DNA of 32,000 nucleotides from Erysipelotrichaceae bacterium (GTDB lineage: Bacteria > Bacillota_I > Bacilli_A > Erysipelotrichales > Coprobacillaceae), in assembly GCA_028698185.1 (NCBI GenBank), contig JAQVDW010000007.1, forward strand, positions 51,977 through 83,976, written 5' to 3'. The notes beneath the pieces are model-generated. The model saw nothing but the letters and a program-made list of their open reading frames with translations, did no database searches and was not told the DNA's origin. This document shows, in pieces, positions 27,227-32,000 of the stretch (its first letter is position 1; the number at the start of each line of letters is the position of its first letter). The translations under genes were made by a program, and so were the position numbers.

Positions 27227-28645
27227 CTAAAACCTGAAGTCGCGCCGCCCGGCAGCAATATCTTCGAGATTCTTGATGGCGATGGCTTTGACTTTTTCGT
27301 TTGGCACCTTTGTTATTTCCCGGTCAATCAAAGCTTCCCCGGTCGCTTTTGTTTCTAGCGAAGCGTAGTCTTCAAGGTATTCCTTCAAGGTCATCAAGGA
27401 ATTGGGATGGCAGCAATTCTGGATCTGGCCGCTTTTGCACAGGGCCATGAACCGGTCACCGGTGCGCCCTTCACGGTAGCACGCCGTACAGAAACTTGGC
27501 GTGTAACCCAGATCCATCAGCCATTTGACGATCTCATCGAGAGTCCGCTTGTCGGAGGTGTCGAATTGTTGCGAATTTTCCTCTTCCGGTTCGGGAGTGG
27601 CATAGCCCCCGACACTTGTTTTCGATCCGCCGCTGATTTGCGAAACGCCCAGTTCAAGCACTTTTTCGCGGCATTCCTTCGATTCGCGAGTCGATACGAT
27701 CATCCCGGTATAAGGTACCGCGATCCGGATGCAGGCAACGATTTTCGCGAAAATCCCATCATCGATTCCGTTTTCAAATTCAGTCGGATCGATATCGTCC
27801 GCCTGGCGGATCCGTGGCACGGAAATGGTGTGCGGTCCAACCCCGAATGCGGCTTCAAGATGCTCGGCGTGCATCAATAAACCGGCGAATTCATAACGGT
27901 AAAGTTCAAGGCCGAAAAGAACGCCCAAGCCCACATCGTCGATGCCCCCTTCCATCGCCCGGTCCATGGCTTCAGTATGATAGTCATAGTTGTGTTTCGG
28001 TCCGGTCGGGTGCAGTTTCTCATAGCTTTCCTTGTTGTAGGTTTCCTGGAACAGGATGTACGTTCCGATTCCCGCATCCTTAAGTTTGCGGTAGTTTTCC
28101 ACGGTTGTCGCGGCAATGTTGACATTGACCCGGCGGATTGCTCCGTTTTTATGTTTGATGGAATAAATGGTGTCGATGCACTCGAGAATGTACTCAATCG
28201 GATTGTTGATCGGATCCTCACCGGCTTCGAGTGCGAGCCGTTTGTGACCCATGTCCTGAAGGGCGATGACTTCTTTTTCAATCTCCGCCTGAGTCATTTT
28301 CTTGCGGGCGATTGTCTTGTTTTTCTGGTGGTATGGGCAATAGACGCAGCCATTGACACAGTAGTTCGAAAGGTAAAGCGGCGCGAACATGACAATCCGG
28401 TTGCCATAGAAATCCTGTTTGATCTGTTTGGCCAGGGCGAAGATCTCCTGGTTTTTTTCTTCAATTTCGCAATCAAGCAGGACCATCGCCTCGCGGTGGC
28501 TCAGTCCTTTGCACAGTTTCGCTTTGGCGATGATGGCATCGATGAGCTCGACATTGTCTTTGTTCTGTTTGGCATATTCCAGGGTATCCAGGATTTCCTC
28601 ATTGGAAATGAACTCTTGGGCTCTGGGTGATTTCACATTGTACAT
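27227..28645 (-). CDS. hydG: [FeFe]-hydrogenase maturase, radical SAM tyrosine lyase
   Basis: 472 aa with radical SAM motif CVNGCVYCPY. The C-terminal auxiliary-cluster motif is CTACYREG...(22 residues)...C. Confidence 0.92.
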   Translation of the reverse strand: MYNVKSPRAQEFISNEEILDTLEYAKQNKDNVELIDAIIAKAKLCKGLSHREAMVLLDCEIEEKNQEIFALAKQIKQDFYGNRIVMFAPLYLSNYCVNGCVYCPYHQKNKTIARKKMTQAEIEKEVIALQDMGHKRLALEAGEDPINNPIEYILECIDTIYSIKHKNGAIRRVNVNIAATTVENYRKLKDAGIGTYILFQETYNKESYEKLHPTGPKHNYDYHTEAMDRAMEGGIDDVGLGVLFGLELYRYEFAGLLMHAEHLEAAFGVGPHTISVPRIRQADDIDPTEFENGIDDGIFAKIVACIRIAVPYTGMIVSTRESKECREKVLELGVSQISGGSKTSVGGYATPEPEEENSQQFDTSDKRTLDEIVKWLMDLGYTPSFCTACYREGRTGDRFMALCKSGQIQNCCHPNSLMTLKEYLEDYASLETKATGEALIDREITKVPNEKVKAIAIKNLEDIAAGRRDFRF

Positions 28646-28673
28646 GGGTATTTTCCTTTCTTAGCGGGTCAGA

Positions 28674-29747
28674 CTATTCTTCCCCTTCAGTTGGTTTGTC
28701 ATTGATTGATTTGTGGTCGCCCCGGGCTACGGCTACCTGGTAGCCGATTTTGCGCAGGCGCATCTCCATACAGCTGCGACATTCGGCCGCCTCATCGCCA
28801 GTACAGATCTTGTTGTCATAAAGCATGTAATCCTTGCGCACGCTCCCTGGAGAAAGGTTGGGCATGACGACATTGGCTCCCGCCAATATGCCCAGCTCCC
28901 GGCCTTTGGGGCTGATGGTCCCTAAAGCGGTAGTGGCCGGCAGCAACACTTCGGGAAGCATCAGGCGGATGATTCCCAGCAGGAACAGTGTCTGTTCCAG
29001 TGTTCCGGGGGCCTGTGATGCAAATGGCGTGTCATGATGGGGAATGAATGGTCCGATTCCCACCATGTGGGGCCCAAGTTCCTTGATGAAAATAAGGTCC
29101 TCGACCAGGTTTTCGATGGTCTGGTTGGGTGAGCCGACCATGAAGCCACAGCCTACCTGATAGCCGATATCCTTCAGGTCGTACAGGCACTGTTTGCGAG
29201 TTGCCAGGGTCATGGCCTCGGGATGGAGCATGGCGTAATGATTTGCGTTGGCACTCTCGTGGCGCAGCAGATAACGGTTGGCTCCGGCATCAAAAAGCGC
29301 CTGGTAGCTCGCACGGCTTCTTTCGCCAAGGGACAGGGTGATGGCACAATCCGGAAAACCTTCGCGGATGGCCTTGACGATCGCCACCATTGTTTCATCA
29401 GTGTAGAACGGGTCTTCGCCCCCCTGGAGCACAAAGGTCCTAAAGCCTAGTTCATAGCCGGCCTGGCAACATTCCAGGATCTGCTCCTTGTCCAGCCGGT
29501 AGCGGCGGGCATTGCGGTTGGAGTTGCGGATCCCGCAGTAGTGGCAGTCGTTCTTGCAATAGTTGGTGAACTCGATCAGCCCCCGAATATAGACATCATT
29601 GCCATAATTGGCCCCCTGGACTTCCCGGGCCCTGGCAAACAGATATTCAAAAAGCTCCGGGCTCTGGTTTTCGAGCAGTTGCTTGAATTCTTCAGGAGCG
29701 AGAGTCTGGTTTCGCTCCAATTTGTCGATCAGTGTTTTCACTATCAT
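28674..29747 (-). CDS. hydE: [FeFe]-hydrogenase maturase, radical SAM
   Basis: 357 aa with a BioB-like fold and CKNDCHYCGIR. The ATG overlaps the stop of the upstream TM1266-like gene (ATGA). Confidence 0.9.
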   Translation of the reverse strand: MIVKTLIDKLERNQTLAPEEFKQLLENQSPELFEYLFARAREVQGANYGNDVYIRGLIEFTNYCKNDCHYCGIRNSNRNARRYRLDKEQILECCQAGYELGFRTFVLQGGEDPFYTDETMVAIVKAIREGFPDCAITLSLGERSRASYQALFDAGANRYLLRHESANANHYAMLHPEAMTLATRKQCLYDLKDIGYQVGCGFMVGSPNQTIENLVEDLIFIKELGPHMVGIGPFIPHHDTPFASQAPGTLEQTLFLLGIIRLMLPEVLLPATTALGTISPKGRELGILAGANVVMPNLSPGSVRKDYMLYDNKICTGDEAAECRSCMEMRLRKIGYQVAVARGDHKSINDKPTEGEE

Positions 29748-30010
29748 TCATCCTCTTTTTTAAAATTGACTTTTGAATATACCGCTTTGGTCGACAGTCC
29801 GGGCAGGTTTCCCAGTTTGCCGGACAAGGCCGAGATCACATCCTGGGGCGCATCGATGGCGATGGAGATGATGCTTATGTTTTTTTCCCGATAAGGCAGC
29901 CCCATCCTGCCGATTATGTATTTGCCATAGTCATGCAAGATCCGATTCATCTTTTCCACCGAGTCCGGATTTTCCACGATGATGCCAATGATTGCTACTT
30001 TGGTTTCCAT
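29744..30010 (-). CDS. TM1266-like putative iron-only hydrogenase system regulator (small ACT/NikR-C-like protein)
   Basis: 88 aa. AIIGIIVENPDSVEKMNRILHDYGKYIIGRMGLPY matches my recollection of the TM1266 family. It is the first gene of the hyd operon. GGGAGGA RBS. Confidence 0.72.
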   Translation of the reverse strand: METKVAIIGIIVENPDSVEKMNRILHDYGKYIIGRMGLPYREKNISIISIAIDAPQDVISALSGKLGNLPGLSTKAVYSKVNFKKEDE

Positions 30011-30024
30011 ATAATTCCTCCCAC

Positions 30025-30049
30025 AAAAAAAGCGCCCGAAAAAAGGCGC
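30025..30049 (-). terminator. Terminator-like hairpin directly abutting the hyd operon RBS (possible attenuator)
   Basis: Minus strand reads GCGCC-ttttttcg-GGCGC followed by T7, then gtgGGAGGaattatATG. The stem is short (5 bp, all GC). Confidence 0.35.
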
Positions 30050-30400
30050 AATAATCCCAATAGATATGGATATTGTCGACCTTCCACTTCATAAAATATA
30101 TTCAGTGTCAGAAACAATTGTCTAGTCGCTCAATCAGCAGATCACTCTTTTGACCAAGTTACATAGCCCTAGTTTACCCGATTCCAAACCAAATGTAAAC
30201 CCTATCAGTGAAAAATATCACAATTATCCGATGTTTACTTAACAACCCCTAAACCGGAGTCCCTCTTGACGGTGGATCATTTTTTCCTGAATATGAAACC
30301 GATTTTCAAAATTTGTATATTTCGCAACAAACCTAATTGTATTGTAACTTTTAAGTTGGTGTCATATAGTTGACGCTTATGGAGAAATGACAAACTTAAA

Positions 30401-30433
30401 GGACTGAGCCCCGTAGAATACAGGATTCAGTCC
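30401..30433 (-). terminator. Possible terminator after the truncated AT-rich gene
   Basis: GGACTGA ... TCAGTCC stem (7 bp plus inner CC/GG pairs) followed on the minus strand by TTTAAGTTTG. The U-tract is weak. Confidence 0.3.
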
Positions 30434-30520
30434 CAAAAAAAAGAATCATTCAAATCATAATTATGCCATGACTGACTCAATTTGTGGAACTAGTAGAGTC
30501 TGATCATGATTCATTATTAA

Positions 30521-31086
30521 CTAAAAAATACTTCGAAGCGCCATATCTACATATCCTGAAAAATAATTATACGAAGAATATTTGGTAATCCAAACTCTTT
30601 CTCTTACATAATGTTGATTAGCGGAAATGAATTGTTCAATTTTGTAATACATAATTTGGTATTGGCTTGATGCAATGTTTAAAACAATGGCTGCTACTGA
30701 TGCCATAAAGACATAGACACCTAAGCCTGGTACCAACCCGATTATACCCATCGCAATATTGCCGACATCATCATAAACTTTCTGATTTGAATATCGAGTA
30801 CTTATATAGCTCCAATAACTTCCCCAGTAACTTGAAATTGGATCGAGCTCAGGAACATAATTCACTACAATTCCGTCAATTTTTTTCAATGATGTTGTAC
30901 TTTCTTCCGACTTAGCAACCAGTTCATCGTCATAGTATATACTACCATTTGCTTCGAAGTATAATGTGTGAGTATTTCCATCAACGGAATAGTAAATAGC
31001 GTTGCTCTCGTCAATAAATTCAATTTTTTCAGTATATCCCGAGTTTAGATATGTAAAAATCACACTAGTGTCATAAGTGTTATTTT
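30521..31086 (-). pseudogene. 5'-truncated hypothetical membrane-anchored protein gene, probably interrupted by the ISL3 element
   Basis: The ORF-track start is a GTG with no RBS. The frame stays open upstream to the putative IS end and closes only inside IS sequence. The product has a Tyr/Ser-rich N-terminal part plus a hydrophobic segment (IAMGIIGLVPGLGVYVFMASVAAIVLNIA). AT-rich. Confidence 0.4.
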
Positions 31087-32000
31087 GGCCTTTCGCTGTT
31101 TACTATGGGTTAGCAGGTAAATAGCCTATTGTGGTTATTGTGAAAATGACCTAAAATTGTATCCATATACTACTAACGATTGAGAGGTAATTATGATGGA
31201 TACTTTGAACTTATTTACTACTGCTTTGAACTTGGATGAACCTTGGACGGTTAGCGATGTCAACTTCTTGGAAACGGATAAAGGTATGGAGCTTCATATT
31301 TATATTGGGTTTACAAAGGGCGGTCAATTCTCTTGCCCGGTTGATAACTGCCAAGAAACTGCGACTGCATATGACACTACTAGAAGAACTTGGCGCCATC
31401 TTAACTTCTTTCAATATAAGACATTTATCCACGCTGACTTGCCTAGAACAAAATGTCCTGATCATGGAGTTCAAACAGTCCATGTCCCATGGGCAAGACC
31501 CGGATCAGGTTTCACCTTACTTTTTGAAGGTTGGGTGGTTGAGTTGGCAAAGCATCTAACAGTATCTCGAATCGCCAAGATGATTGATGAACATGATACA
31601 CGGTTATGGCGCTTCATCAAACATTACGTAAATGAAGCACGAGAACTCGAAGATTATAGCGATGTCACAGCCATTGGCATCGATGAAACAAGCAAGAAAG
31701 GTCATAACTATATCACTGTTGCAGTTGATCTTAAACAGCGTAAAGTAATTAACGTAACCCCAGGAAAAGACTCTAAAACAGTGGATAATTTCATTGAGGA
31801 TTTCACGAAACACGGCGGTAATCCCGGCATGATTAACATCATAACCTGCGACATGTCTTTAGGTTTCAAAAAGGGCATCAAAGAAAACTTCAAAAACAGC
31901 AATACAGTTATCGACAAATTCCATGTAGTAAAACACGCAAATGAAGCAGTAGATAAAGTCCGTAAAGAGGAAGTTAAAACCAATTCCGTCTTAAAGAAAA
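31087..32000 (+). mobile_element. ISL3-family insertion sequence, left part (continues beyond the window)
   Basis: A transposase gene starts at 31193. The putative left end GGCCTTTCGCTG at 31087 resembles ISL3-type GGCTCTT.. termini. This boundary is tentative because the right end is not in the window. Confidence 0.55.
31193..32000 (+). CDS. ISL3-family transposase (N-terminal 269 codons; open at the window end)
   Basis: Absent from the ORF track because it is open-ended. My translation reads MMDTLNLFTTALNLDEPWTVSDVNF...FSCPVDNC...YDTTRRTWRHLNFFQYKTFIHADLPRTKCPDHGVQTVHVPWARPGSGFTLLFE...GIDETS..., which is the classic ISL3 zinc-finger and DDE N-terminal architecture. GAGAGG RBS. Confidence 0.88.
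   Translation, partial: MMDTLNLFTTALNLDEPWTVSDVNFLETDKGMELHIYIGFTKGGQFSCPVDNCQETATAYDTTRRTWRHLNFFQYKTFIHADLPRTKCPDHGVQTVHVPWARPGSGFTLLFEGWVVELAKHLTVSRIAKMIDEHDTRLWRFIKHYVNEARELEDYSDVTAIGIDETSKKGHNYITVAVDLKQRKVINVTPGKDSKTVDNFIEDFTKHGGNPGMINIITCDMSLGFKKGIKENFKNSNTVIDKFHVVKHANEAVDKVRKEEVKTNSVLKK

Overview
This window looks like chromosome from a mid-GC bacterium using genetic code 11 (TGA is a stop). It is probably an anaerobic Firmicutes- or Mollicutes-like organism, but that taxonomic guess is only inference. About 85% of the window is coding, mostly on the minus strand.

Gene content from left to right:
- HAD hydrolase (partial), corA, an ArpU/sigma-region-4-like small regulator, a CX5R tyrosine phosphatase, a lipoprotein cyclophilin, archaeal-type proS, and a GH1 6-phospho-beta-glucosidase.
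- A GNAT-sbcD-sbcC operon.
- A complete IS1595-family element with an 8-bp target duplication.
- luxS, translationally coupled to a fusion of a FUSC-like membrane domain and a degenerate HAD domain.
- An RpiR-linked cluster with two Gfo/Idh/MocA oxidoreductases and a UPF0303 protein.
- An AI-2E-family permease, a YczE-like membrane protein, and a stand-alone tRNA-Thr(GGU) with a clear promoter and terminator.
- A low-GC islet (GNAT plus two small ORFs), azlCD, an XRE-cupin regulator, and a MATE pump.
- A tightly packed [FeFe]-hydrogenase maturation operon: TM1266-like regulator, hydE, hydG, hydF, and an aspartase-family lyase.
- An AT-rich right end with a 5'-truncated gene abutting a partial ISL3-family element.

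I saw no CRISPR array, rRNA, prophage or recognisable defence system.

The most interesting items are:
- the hyd maturation operon, with its co-translated aspartase-like gene and an unusually long leader that ends in a hairpin;
- the membrane and pseudo-HAD fusion coupled to luxS;
- an A6-tract frameshift at the 5' end of azlC;
- two IS insertions with readable junctions.

Nothing here convincingly amounts to a wholly new system. All functional calls come from motifs read by eye in the translations, not from database searches.
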